DNA from: Sulfurospirillum sp.
Lineage (GTDB): Bacteria; Campylobacterota; Campylobacteria; Campylobacterales; Sulfurospirillaceae
Reading direction: 5' to 3'
NCBI GenBank assembly: GCA_045047115.1
Contig: JASFYR010000012.1
Location: 27,337-91,336, forward strand
Length of the DNA stretch: 64,000 bases
Shown here: positions 1-8,475 of the stretch, piece by piece
Layout: every line of letters begins with the position of its first letter
How positions within the stretch are numbered: the stretch's first letter is position 1
The notes under the pieces: model-generated
Told to the model about the DNA's origin: nothing
The model's database searches: none
The model's input: the letters and a program-made list of their open reading frames with translations, nothing else
Position numbers and translations under genes: made by a program

Positions 1-1
1 C

Positions 2-1267
2 TTGATACCGATATATACTTATTACATCTTTTATCTTATATATAATGGTTTTAAATCAACTCTTATAGATAAAATTACAAAAACATTCAATAGAAAAGAG
101 ATACTGGAATTTATACAAAAAGAGACTCTTAAAGATCAAAACTCCATCATAGTTCTTGTAAGTATAGAAAATATATATGACATTGATGAGAGATATGGTG
201 TAAATAACGCTGATAATCTTCTAATGGAATTTGCAAAAAGACTAAATACATTTTTAGAAAATTATAACTTTAAAAATATCCCAATAGGAAGATACTCTGG
301 GGGTAGTTTTTTATTGATAATAAAACATAAGAAAAAAGAGTTAAAACATCTAATGACTATATTTTCAAAAGAGTTGAAAAATATAGGCATAAATGATATA
401 GAAGTTAAGGTTGATTTTTCTTTAATAGAGTCAAATTATGACTCAAGAGTTGAAAATATTATAAAAATTCTTTTTGATTTAATAGACGAAGAGAGACAAA
501 ATGAGTTTGAAATCCAAAATATAAAGCCAAATGAGTTTGAAAAGATAATTTATGATGCCGTAGCTGATGAAAAATTTCTTTTAAAATACCAACCGAGTCT
601 CAATCTTATAACCAAAGAGATAGAGATATATGAAATTTTAGTAAAAATATACTCAAAAAACTATGGTCTTATTTCAAAAAACCAAGCTCAAAAAGCTATA
701 AATTTTGGTGGATTTGAAAAAATATTTGATAAAAAAATATTTGACTATTTTTTAAAAGAGTTAAAATATTTGAAATCTAATAATGATAAAAAAAGATACT
801 TTAGTATCAATGTATCGGCAGTTTCTCTAAGAGATAATGACTTTAGACTCTACCTTAGAGAGATTTTTTATAAAAATAATATAAAAATAGAAAATATAAT
901 TTTAGAAATAAATGAAAAAAAAGCATATAAAGATCTTAAAAGATTTGCTGAGATTTTAACCCAGTATAAGAAAGCTGGATTTAAGATAGCACTTGATAAT
1001 TTTGGTGGAGATAACTGTTCTATCAAATATCTAAAAAATCTACCGATAGATTTTGTTAAATTTGATATCCAATATACAAAATATTTTCAAAATGAAAAGT
1101 ATAAGAAAACACTCAAAAATCTATTGAATCTTTGTAAAGATTTAGATGTAAAAACAATGATAAAATTTATAGATAAACAAAGACTTTATGAGCAAGTTAT
1201 AGAGTTAAATCCAGCATATATACAAGGTTTTTATATATCAAAACCAAAAAGTATAAAACAGCTATAG
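2..1267 (+). CDS. GGDEF-EAL domain protein, both domains degenerate (probably 5'-truncated by the window edge)
   Basis: GGDEF position reads RYSGGSF; EAL position reads YEILVKI; DDFG loop reads ALDNFG; C-terminal QGFYISKP is typical of EAL domains. Confidence 0.8.
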   Translation: MIPIYTYYIFYLIYNGFKSTLIDKITKTFNRKEILEFIQKETLKDQNSIIVLVSIENIYDIDERYGVNNADNLLMEFAKRLNTFLENYNFKNIPIGRYSGGSFLLIIKHKKKELKHLMTIFSKELKNIGINDIEVKVDFSLIESNYDSRVENIIKILFDLIDEERQNEFEIQNIKPNEFEKIIYDAVADEKFLLKYQPSLNLITKEIEIYEILVKIYSKNYGLISKNQAQKAINFGGFEKIFDKKIFDYFLKELKYLKSNNDKKRYFSINVSAVSLRDNDFRLYLREIFYKNNIKIENIILEINEKKAYKDLKRFAEILTQYKKAGFKIALDNFGGDNCSIKYLKNLPIDFVKFDIQYTKYFQNEKYKKTLKNLLNLCKDLDVKTMIKFIDKQRLYEQVIELNPAYIQGFYISKPKSIKQL

Positions 1268-1275
1268 GAGAAGAT

Positions 1276-1665
1276 ATGAGATATGGTGAAAAAGAGATAA
1301 AAGAGTTTAATATAGACAGAGATTTGGAACTTTGGCCAAACAAATATCAAAAAAATTACATCATAAAGATGGAATTACCGGAGTTTATGTGTCTTTGCCC
1401 AAGAAGTGGGTATCCTGATTTTGCAACCATATATGTGGAATATATACCAAATGAATTAGTAGTAGAGTTAAAAGCGATAAAACTCTATATAAACAGTTTT
1501 ATGTATAGAAATATTTCCCATGAAGATAGTGCAAATGAGATATACGACACACTTTATACAAAATTAAAACCAAAATGGCTAAGAGTATTTGCTGATTTTA
1601 ATCCACGTGGAAATGTGCATACAACTATAGAGATAGACTCAGACAAGATGGATTTAAGATGTTAA
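1276..1665 (+). CDS. queF: 7-cyano-7-deazaguanine (preQ0) reductase
   Basis: EFMCLCPRSGYPDFA, VELKAIKLY and SHE motifs; AGGAG RBS. Confidence 0.95.
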   Translation: MRYGEKEIKEFNIDRDLELWPNKYQKNYIIKMELPEFMCLCPRSGYPDFATIYVEYIPNELVVELKAIKLYINSFMYRNISHEDSANEIYDTLYTKLKPKWLRVFADFNPRGNVHTTIEIDSDKMDLRC

Positions 1666-2864
1666 AACCCCAACTCATAGAGCATATATTTGCAGCAGCC
1701 TCTATACAGAGGTGGAATGACTATCCAAGGATGGTTGAGTTAGTTGAGCTTGACAAACAGGCTCACAAGTTTATCATAGCTTATTTTATGGCAAATATGG
1801 AAGAAGATGTAAATAGAGTCCACCTTATAGAAGCTGGTATTTTTGAATTTTTAAGGCGTGTTGTAGTAACAGATATAAGACCTGATGTCTTTAGAAAAGC
1901 TCTTCAAAAAAAAGAAAAAGAGATAAATGAGTGGGTTCTTTCAAGACTATCAGATTCGATAAAAGATATACAAAATGGAAAATTTTTGCAGAGATTTAAA
2001 GACTATCTTAGTGATCCGCAAATGTATAAGAAAGAGAGATTTATACTAAAAGCCGCTTCATACATATCTACAAGATGGGAATTTTCCATAGTCTATCAGA
2101 CAAGTCAATTTTTAAGTGGCATAGAGAAAGTAAAAGAGGCGGTTGATGAAGAGATTGAGGATTATTACGAGCTTGTGAGTGTGCGTAAGATTTCACTGAA
2201 CAAAAAGATTTCAAAGATTATAGACTTAAGTGGAAGACTCAGATTTCAAAAAAGATGGGCTCAAACACCCAGAGTTCCTGAGACTTCTGTTTTGGGACAT
2301 ATGCTCACAGTTGCAATACTGGGTTATTTTTACTCTCTACATGTAGAGGCATGTGAGAGTAGGATTTCAAGTAATTTCTTTTGTGCACTTTTTCATGACC
2401 TCCCCGAAGCTCTTACAAGAGATATAATTTCACCCGTAAAGTACTCAGTAAGCGGACTTGATGACATCATCAGCGAGTATGAACTAAAAGTGATGGATGA
2501 TGACATATTTCCATATATACCAAATAGTTTTCTCAAAGAATTTCAGTACATCTTAGGTTTATATGATGGTAAGAAAAATGAATTTTTGGATAAAATCCAA
2601 GATGATGGAGAGATTAAGATTGTAGATGATATAGAAAATTATAATGAAGATAAATTTCAAGCCATAGACGGTAAAGCACTAAAAAATTGTGACAGACTCT
2701 CAGCTTTTATAGAGGCAACTTTGTCCATATCTCATGGTGTAAAATCAAAAGAGTTGGTTCAAGGCAAAGCTCATATATTGGAGTCACTAAAAGAGAAATC
2801 CCAAGGTGGAGCTGTAAATTTTTACAATTTGGCAAAAAATATAGAAAAATTTGTGGAGAGTTGA
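1659..2864 (+). CDS. HD-domain phosphohydrolase with two YfbR-like halves
   Basis: RWNDYPR..ELDKQAH in the N-half; RWAQTPR..SVLGH..FHDLPE in the C-half; overlaps queF by 7 nt. Confidence 0.8.
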   Translation: MLKPQLIEHIFAAASIQRWNDYPRMVELVELDKQAHKFIIAYFMANMEEDVNRVHLIEAGIFEFLRRVVVTDIRPDVFRKALQKKEKEINEWVLSRLSDSIKDIQNGKFLQRFKDYLSDPQMYKKERFILKAASYISTRWEFSIVYQTSQFLSGIEKVKEAVDEEIEDYYELVSVRKISLNKKISKIIDLSGRLRFQKRWAQTPRVPETSVLGHMLTVAILGYFYSLHVEACESRISSNFFCALFHDLPEALTRDIISPVKYSVSGLDDIISEYELKVMDDDIFPYIPNSFLKEFQYILGLYDGKKNEFLDKIQDDGEIKIVDDIENYNEDKFQAIDGKALKNCDRLSAFIEATLSISHGVKSKELVQGKAHILESLKEKSQGGAVNFYNLAKNIEKFVES

Positions 2865-2876
2865 TATATTAACAAA

Positions 2877-2979
2877 CCCTCCTCCAGATTACTGCGGCAC
2901 ACACTTTAAAAGAGTGCTCTGCTGTGTTCCCACCCTGAAGCATTGCTCAAAGAAAGTATTGCACAGGTCTAGAGGAGAG
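2877..2979 (-). ncRNA. ffs: Signal recognition particle RNA (4.5S)
   Basis: Minus strand contains the helix-8 motif CAGG-GTG-GGAA-CAC-AGCAG; ends CTCTCCTCTAGA and TCTGGAGGAGGG pair; TATAAT at 2993-2988 just upstream. Confidence 0.93.
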
Positions 2980-3055
2980 CGGATAGAATTATATCAAGTT
3001 TTACTTAAATAAAAGTTTTATAGAGTATAATTCGCAGAAAAACAGGGTATCAAAT

Positions 3056-4642
3056 ATGTTACATAGTGAGATTTTTTATCTTTTTTTGATTATCTCTATT
3101 GGTTATATTTTAGGCAATATAAGAGTAAAAGGTTTTTCACTGGATATTACTGCAATGCTTTTAGTTGCCTTGATAGCCGGACATTTTGGTATGGTTATAT
3201 CTGATAATTTCAAACTCTTTGGTTTAGCTATATTTATCTATGCAGTAGGACTTCAATCAGGTCCCGGATTTTTTGAGACTATAAAAAATGAGGGTATTAA
3301 ACTAAATATCATAGCTATATCACTTCTTCTTAGTATATTTACTTGTATCTATATCATAGGTTCATATTTTGGTTTAAGTAAAAGTATTATAGATGGTATA
3401 TTTACTGGCTCGCTTACAAGTGTTCCGTCTCTCGCAGCTGCTATCGAGGTTAAAAATGATCCTATTATATCAGTTATATTTGGAATAGTCTATCCTTTTG
3501 GGATTTTTGCTACTATACTTTTTATTAGGATACTGCCTATTATATTTAGAGTAAATCTTCAAAAGGAGGTGCAGATTTATGAAGAGCAGAAGAGGCAAAA
3601 ATATCCACTTATACTCACAAAAAACTTTAAAATTACAAATGAAAACTTTAAAAAACACCCTATAAAAAAGTCACAGATAGAGGAACTTACCTCTACTCTT
3701 ATAGAGAGAGTTGAGTCAGTTGACCAATGTGAATTAGATGAAAAGGCTTGTAGACATCTGCATTATAACGATATAGTAAGAGTTTCAGGTACAAAAGAGC
3801 AACTCGAAGCACTTAGTGTGATGTTAGGTGATGAGATGGGAGAAGCATATAAATTTCATGATGATATGAAAGTTTACAGACTGCTTTTAACTTCAAAAGA
3901 TATAGTAGGAAAGAAAATTGCGAGTATAAAAGAGTTAAAATCTCTTCGTGCTGTTGTGACAAAAGTAAGAAGAGCCGGAATCGATATAAAACCGCACCCC
4001 TCTTTAGCTTTGATGCTTGGTGATAAACTATATGTGGTAGCACCCCAAAAGTATGGACAGAGGGTAACTGATTTTATTGGAAATGATCTATTAAAGTATC
4101 CTGCTGCTGATTTTTTGCCTATATCGGTCGGTATTGTATTTGGTATTATTTTGGGCTCTATTCCCTTCAATCTGCCTTTTATTGGGGATATAAAGCTTAG
4201 CTTTGTCGGAGGTATCTTGATAACCGCACTCATTTTGGGTAGGTTTGGCAGAGTCGGACCGATCGTATGGCAACTCTCACCACACTCAAATACTCTTATG
4301 AAGACGCTAGGCCAGCTCATATTTATGGCTGCCATCGGTACAAATGCAGGTAAATATCTACTGGAGGGTTTAAAGACAAATGGTTTTTTACCCATATATA
4401 TAGCACTTTTTTCACTCATATTTTCACTCTTTTTAGTGGCATTTGTTTGTAGAATCTTTTTAAAAATGAATTTTTTACATATCTTGGGAGTTTTGAGTGG
4501 CGGTATGACATCTACACCAACACTAACGATGGCGAATAACATCTCAAAATCAGACTATCCGTCTATCTCTTACGCAGCAGTATATCCAATGGCTTTGGTG
4601 TTTGCCATTGTTTTAGCTCAGCTTCTACTCAAGCTGTTTTAA
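3056..4642 (+). CDS. Aspartate:alanine exchanger family (YidE/YbjL) transporter with TrkA-C domains
   Basis: Two hydrophobic repeats with GSLTSVPSL and GGMTSTPTL re-entrant motifs flank a soluble RCK-C region. Confidence 0.88.
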   Translation: MLHSEIFYLFLIISIGYILGNIRVKGFSLDITAMLLVALIAGHFGMVISDNFKLFGLAIFIYAVGLQSGPGFFETIKNEGIKLNIIAISLLLSIFTCIYIIGSYFGLSKSIIDGIFTGSLTSVPSLAAAIEVKNDPIISVIFGIVYPFGIFATILFIRILPIIFRVNLQKEVQIYEEQKRQKYPLILTKNFKITNENFKKHPIKKSQIEELTSTLIERVESVDQCELDEKACRHLHYNDIVRVSGTKEQLEALSVMLGDEMGEAYKFHDDMKVYRLLLTSKDIVGKKIASIKELKSLRAVVTKVRRAGIDIKPHPSLALMLGDKLYVVAPQKYGQRVTDFIGNDLLKYPAADFLPISVGIVFGIILGSIPFNLPFIGDIKLSFVGGILITALILGRFGRVGPIVWQLSPHSNTLMKTLGQLIFMAAIGTNAGKYLLEGLKTNGFLPIYIALFSLIFSLFLVAFVCRIFLKMNFLHILGVLSGGMTSTPTLTMANNISKSDYPSISYAAVYPMALVFAIVLAQLLLKLF

Positions 4643-5020
4643 TCTCCATCTTTCAATCCTTAAATCATTATCAAGTGTATGGTCTATGAGCCATTTTTTT
4701 GTAGCAATTTTCATCTGCTCTTTCAGAGATTTTAAAGAGCGATTGTCTTTGATAAGCTTAGTAAAGCTCTCTATAATCTCTTGATGAAGCTTGTGATGAT
4801 GTTTTAAAAGAGGATAGCCGATACTTTTCATATAAGCTTCCTCATCTCTAAAATGCTCTCTCATATAGATAAAAAAACTATTTAAAAGTCTCCTTATATC
4901 GTCTTTTGTTGTATTTTTATCTAAGGAATCCACCAACGCTGAAAGTCTAAAGAGTTCTTTGTGTTGCCTATCAATATTGCCTATATGTAGAGAATATTTT
5001 TCATCCCATTGTGAAATCAT
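4625..5020 (-). CDS. Bacteriohemerythrin
   Basis: W..YS.....IDRQHKELF, HFRDEEAYM, YP...HHKLH and WLIDHTLDND iron-ligand pattern. Confidence 0.93.
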   Translation of the reverse strand: MISQWDEKYSLHIGNIDRQHKELFRLSALVDSLDKNTTKDDIRRLLNSFFIYMREHFRDEEAYMKSIGYPLLKHHHKLHQEIIESFTKLIKDNRSLKSLKEQMKIATKKWLIDHTLDNDLRIERWRLKQLE

Positions 5021-5073
5021 TAAGCAAATCCTGTATATTTTTGCTATTATTATATAAAAAATTGGTTAATATT

Positions 5074-5550
5074 ATGATAATGGGCAAAATTTCTCATAAC
5101 ACTATGCTAGATGATTATATTCTAAATTTTGAACTCTCAAGTTTAGCGGATATTTCATCAAATGCTTATAGGTTTTGGAAAGGTGTAAGGGCTGTCAAGT
5201 ATGATGAGTCAAGAGTAGTCTACCTTGAAAAAAAATCGATTCCTTACAAATATCGAAACTATATTGATGGCTGTGCAGATTTAAGTGGCTATATTCAGGC
5301 TCAAGCCTTTTGCAAATATACTGGTTTAGCTTCTTCCCATTTGATTAAAAGTAATAATTCAAAGATATATAAGATTTTTGATATATTGCAAGTCAGAAAA
5401 GTAAAATTTATAAATTTAAAAAATTTTTACGACTATATAGGTCTTGATTACAACTATCACATATATATAGAAAAATGTAGATATTTCGGACCGTTTCCAT
5501 TGGAAAAAAAGATAAAACTAGATGGCGGTATGTGCGTGGGGTATTATTAA
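5074..5550 (+). CDS. Conserved soluble hypothetical protein with two internally similar halves
   Basis: Open frame, no TM segments; ATG at 5074 or 5080; divergent from hemerythrin. Confidence 0.7.
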   Translation: MIMGKISHNTMLDDYILNFELSSLADISSNAYRFWKGVRAVKYDESRVVYLEKKSIPYKYRNYIDGCADLSGYIQAQAFCKYTGLASSHLIKSNNSKIYKIFDILQVRKVKFINLKNFYDYIGLDYNYHIYIEKCRYFGPFPLEKKIKLDGGMCVGYY

Positions 5551-5662
5551 TGAAGTGCACTATATATACTACTAAAAAGTATAGCCAATATAAAAGTTAT
5601 ACCTATGATTAAACGGAAATAGAAAGTTCTGTATTTTTTGTTCATATAAAATTATATCAAAA

Positions 5663-5688
5663 ATCGGGGAGTATAAAAACTCCCCGAT
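5663..5688 (-). terminator. Intrinsic terminator of the peroxiredoxin gene
   Basis: ATCGGGGAGT/ACTCCCCGAT 10-bp stem followed by a T run on the minus strand. Confidence 0.85.
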
Positions 5689-5699
5689 AACATTAATTT

Positions 5700-6404
5700 T
5701 TATGAAAGTATTTCTTCTATAGTGATATAGTCCCCTACTCTTCCTGTCATCTTTTCGACATCAGTATTTACCGGAAGTGTTTTTTTGCCTTCTCTCCAGC
5801 CTGCAGGACAAACTTCACCTGTTTTTGTTGCATGTTGCCAAGCTCTAACCTGTCTTAAAAACTCATTTACATTTCTTCCGACACTTGGCGCTTGTACTTC
5901 TTGAGCCACGCATACACCATCCGGATTTATAAGAAATCTACCTCTAAGGGCTATGCCTTCATCTTCTATCATCACACCAAAAGCACGACTTACATCACCT
6001 TTGGGATCAGCCCCCATAGTAAGTTTAAGGCCTTCAAGTAGAGGCTCAGTCTCTACAAATCTCTTATGTGAAAATTTAGTATCAGTCGATACAGCTAAAA
6101 TCTCAACTCCAAGCTCAGTAAACTCATCATATTTGGCATTCATAGCTGCTATCTCAGTTGGGCAGACAAAAGTAAAATCTGCTGGATAAAAGCATACTAC
6201 ATGCCATTTACCTTTGTAATCTTCACTGCTTACTGTTGTAAAGTGACCTGTTTTTGCGTTATACGCATCCATTTTAAACTCTGGTGTTTTTTGTAAAACC
6301 ATTGATGAACTCATCTTTTTTCTCTCCTTATTTTTATCATTTTTTATCTCTGTTTCAATAACCTGTTTTTCTGTTTGAACAACAATATCTGAATCACATG
6401 CCAT
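5700..6404 (-). CDS. 2-Cys peroxiredoxin (AhpC/Prx1 family) with N-terminal extension
   Basis: FYPADFTFVCPTE peroxidatic motif and GEVCPAGW resolving motif; AAGGA RBS before ATG 6404. Confidence 0.93.
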   Translation of the reverse strand: MACDSDIVVQTEKQVIETEIKNDKNKERKKMSSSMVLQKTPEFKMDAYNAKTGHFTTVSSEDYKGKWHVVCFYPADFTFVCPTEIAAMNAKYDEFTELGVEILAVSTDTKFSHKRFVETEPLLEGLKLTMGADPKGDVSRAFGVMIEDEGIALRGRFLINPDGVCVAQEVQAPSVGRNVNEFLRQVRAWQHATKTGEVCPAGWREGKKTLPVNTDVEKMTGRVGDYITIEEILS

Positions 6405-6501
6405 AATCAAATCCTTAAATGCTAATATTTTCTAACAAGGAAATTATATTATATAACTACTTAAAATAATATTAATTACTTGCAAAAAATTATTATTTAT
6501 G

Positions 6502-6519
6502 TTATTATTCCAATAATAA
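6502..6519. promoter_or_regulatory. Candidate PerR/Fur operator in the divergent prx-perR promoter
   Basis: Perfect 8-2-8 palindrome TTATTATT-CC-AATAATAA in an AT-rich context. Confidence 0.5.
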
Positions 6520-6536
6520 ATAAAAAAGGTACTGTT

Positions 6537-6944
6537 TTGTCACATATAGAATTATTAAAAAACCATAAATTAAAAGCAACTCCACAAAGACTTTGTATAT
6601 TGGATACTTTAGAGGAGTGTGGCCATGCAACTCTGGAGGATATACAAAAAATCATAAGCGAAAAGTATCCGACGCTTTCGCTTTCAACTATATATAGAAA
6701 TTTAAATGATATGATAAAACAAGAGATAGTGAGTGAAGTAAAATTTGCAAACAAAAAAGACTATTTTGAGATAAAAAAAGAGAAGCATGTTCATCTTGTT
6801 TGTCAAGAGTGCGGTAAGATAGAGGATTTTAAAATCAAAACAGATGATATCTCTAAAAAGATAGAAGATCTCACCGGAGATAAAGTGCTAAATGATACAC
6901 TTACCTTCGATGTCATATGTAAAGATTGTCTAAGCGCAAAGTAG
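6537..6944 (+). CDS. perR: Peroxide-responsive Fur-family repressor
   Basis: LKATPQRLC, SLSTIYRNL, HVHLVCQECG and C-terminal CKDC; divergent from peroxiredoxin; TTG start after AAAGG. Confidence 0.85.
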   Translation: MSHIELLKNHKLKATPQRLCILDTLEECGHATLEDIQKIISEKYPTLSLSTIYRNLNDMIKQEIVSEVKFANKKDYFEIKKEKHVHLVCQECGKIEDFKIKTDDISKKIEDLTGDKVLNDTLTFDVICKDCLSAK

Positions 6945-6973
6945 ATATACTCTCTTTCTTGTTTCCTGCATGT

Positions 6974-7061
6974 AGAGAGGTGTCCGAGTGGCTTAAGGAG
7001 CACGCTTGGAAAGCGTGTGTGGGGTAACTCACCGAGGGTTCGAATCCCTTCCTCTCTGCCA
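6974..7061 (+). tRNA. tRNA-Ser(GGA)
   Basis: AGAGAGG/CCTCTCT acceptor, CACGC-ttGGAaa-GCGTG anticodon arm, long variable arm, GGTTCGAATCC, encoded CCA. Confidence 0.97.
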
Positions 7062-7216
7062 CGATAATTAATTTCGAAAATTCTGCAAATATGGTATTGG
7101 TGGTATTATCTACTTTATAAAATTACCCCCAGTATCCATAAGCTATTTTAGTCAAATTACATTTTTCCTATATATTTGATATAATAATAATTACAAATTA
7201 ACTATAGGAGGTTATT

Positions 7217-7510
7217 ATGCTAGAGAAGAAGAAGATACTAAATATTTTAAAACAATATAAGATAGAACATAATACTGACTATGGTATTACAAAGATAGGT
7301 ATATTTGGTTCTGTTGCTAGAGATGAAGCAAAAGAGAGTAGTGATGTTGATGTTGTAGTTGAGCTAAAAAAACCAAATCTTTTTACTCTTTCAAGCATAC
7401 GATTAGAATTGGAAGATAAGTTAAAAAATCGTGTAGATGTTGTTAGATTAAGAGATAAAATGAATCAATTTTTAAAAAGCCAAATTACTAAAGAAGCTAT
7501 ATATGTCTAA
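7217..7510 (+). CDS. Minimal nucleotidyltransferase antitoxin (MntA-like)
   Basis: GIFGSVARDEAKESSDVD = GS-x10-DxD; AGGAGG RBS. Confidence 0.92.
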   Translation: MLEKKKILNILKQYKIEHNTDYGITKIGIFGSVARDEAKESSDVDVVVELKKPNLFTLSSIRLELEDKLKNRVDVVRLRDKMNQFLKSQITKEAIYV

Positions 7511-7871
7511 TGAAGTGTTATTAGAAGCATTAAAACAAATTTCTATTTCTGCAAAAAGAATTTTAAAAAGATTTGAGCAAGTTGATAGTGTAGATTATTT
7601 TTTAGATTCAGAAGATGGACTTGAAAAGATGGATGCTCTTTGTATGCAGTTGATAGCTATTGGTGAGAGTTTAAAAAATGTAGATAAATTGACAGATAAA
7701 AAACTTTTAATTAAATATCCTGATATAAATTGGAAAGCAGCTAAGGGAATAAGAGATATCATAACTCATCATTATTTTGATTTGGATGCAGAATCTATAT
7801 ATGATGTTTGTGAAAACAATATTGAACCACTTTTAAAAACCATTGATAAGATAATAGAAGATATAAGTTAA
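7503..7871 (+). CDS. HEPN (DUF86, HepT-like) ribonuclease toxin
   Basis: RDIITHHY = R-x4-H-x-Y; IGE motif; overlaps the MNT gene by 8 nt. Confidence 0.92.
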   Translation: MSNEVLLEALKQISISAKRILKRFEQVDSVDYFLDSEDGLEKMDALCMQLIAIGESLKNVDKLTDKKLLIKYPDINWKAAKGIRDIITHHYFDLDAESIYDVCENNIEPLLKTIDKIIEDIS

Positions 7872-8430
7872 ATTTCGGTGTCGTCTCGATGCATTTTATT
7901 AGTATAAAATCTAATTTTTTAAAGAATATTTAAATTTGAAAAACCCAGTAAATACGGTATTTAGTGGTATTATGTAGGTTATAAAATTGCTTCAAGCATT
8001 CGAAGCCACTATATTCAATTACAAGGGTGCAAAAGTCATTTAAATTTCGAGTTTAGGGCTATTAAACGCTCTTCAAGCCTGATGGCGGCAAGTTGACTAA
8101 TTGTCAATAGATTGATTCCTACATCTTCTCGCCGTACTTTGTAAGGATTTACAGCTACTCAGTAGCTAACTATATGTCTTTTTTAACCAATTTTTGATAG
8201 ATTAGAGAAGTAAAAGTGGCTATTTTAGGGTTTTTGAACTGATTGTAAATTTTCCCTTCCTTTCTGCCATTTATATAATTCAAACAGATCTTAAATAATC
8301 TATACCATTTATGTTTGCGGCTGTAAAAGTTAAAAAAGAGTATCCCAAGAGTATCATTTAGTCTTAATATCTATGAACTATACTGTTATGTCAGAGTATT
8401 TTTCTTTACATCTTCTATATTTTATGCTAC

Positions 8431-8464
8431 AATTTCGTTATATAAAAAAAAATATAACGAAATT
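8431..8464. promoter_or_regulatory. ModE-type operator upstream of modA
   Basis: 13-bp perfect inverted repeat AATTTCGTTATAT-A8-ATATAACGAAATT; abuts the extended -10 TGCTACAAT (8425-8433). Confidence 0.85.
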
Positions 8465-8475
8465 GGAGAAATTAG

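Larger units (their letters stand above)
7069..8023. repeat. Imperfect ~90-bp direct repeat (7069-7161 and 7931-8023) bracketing the TA genes
   Basis: Both copies share GTGGTATTAT-N5-TTATAAAATT and end in AATTACA. Confidence 0.7.
7045..8269. mobile_element. Degenerate tRNA-integrated genomic islet carrying a TA pair
   Basis: tRNA 3' end TCCCTTCCTCTCTGCCA (7045-7061) recurs at 8253-8269 with 1 mismatch; no integrase remains. Confidence 0.7.

Noticed and set aside
6150..6190. Possible selenocysteine in the peroxiredoxin active site
   Set aside because: The codon is TGC (Cys) and the frame is uninterrupted
8040..8430. Moco riboswitch upstream of modA
   Set aside because: No recognisable Moco RNA motif; the promoter and ModE-type box sit directly before modA, leaving no long leader
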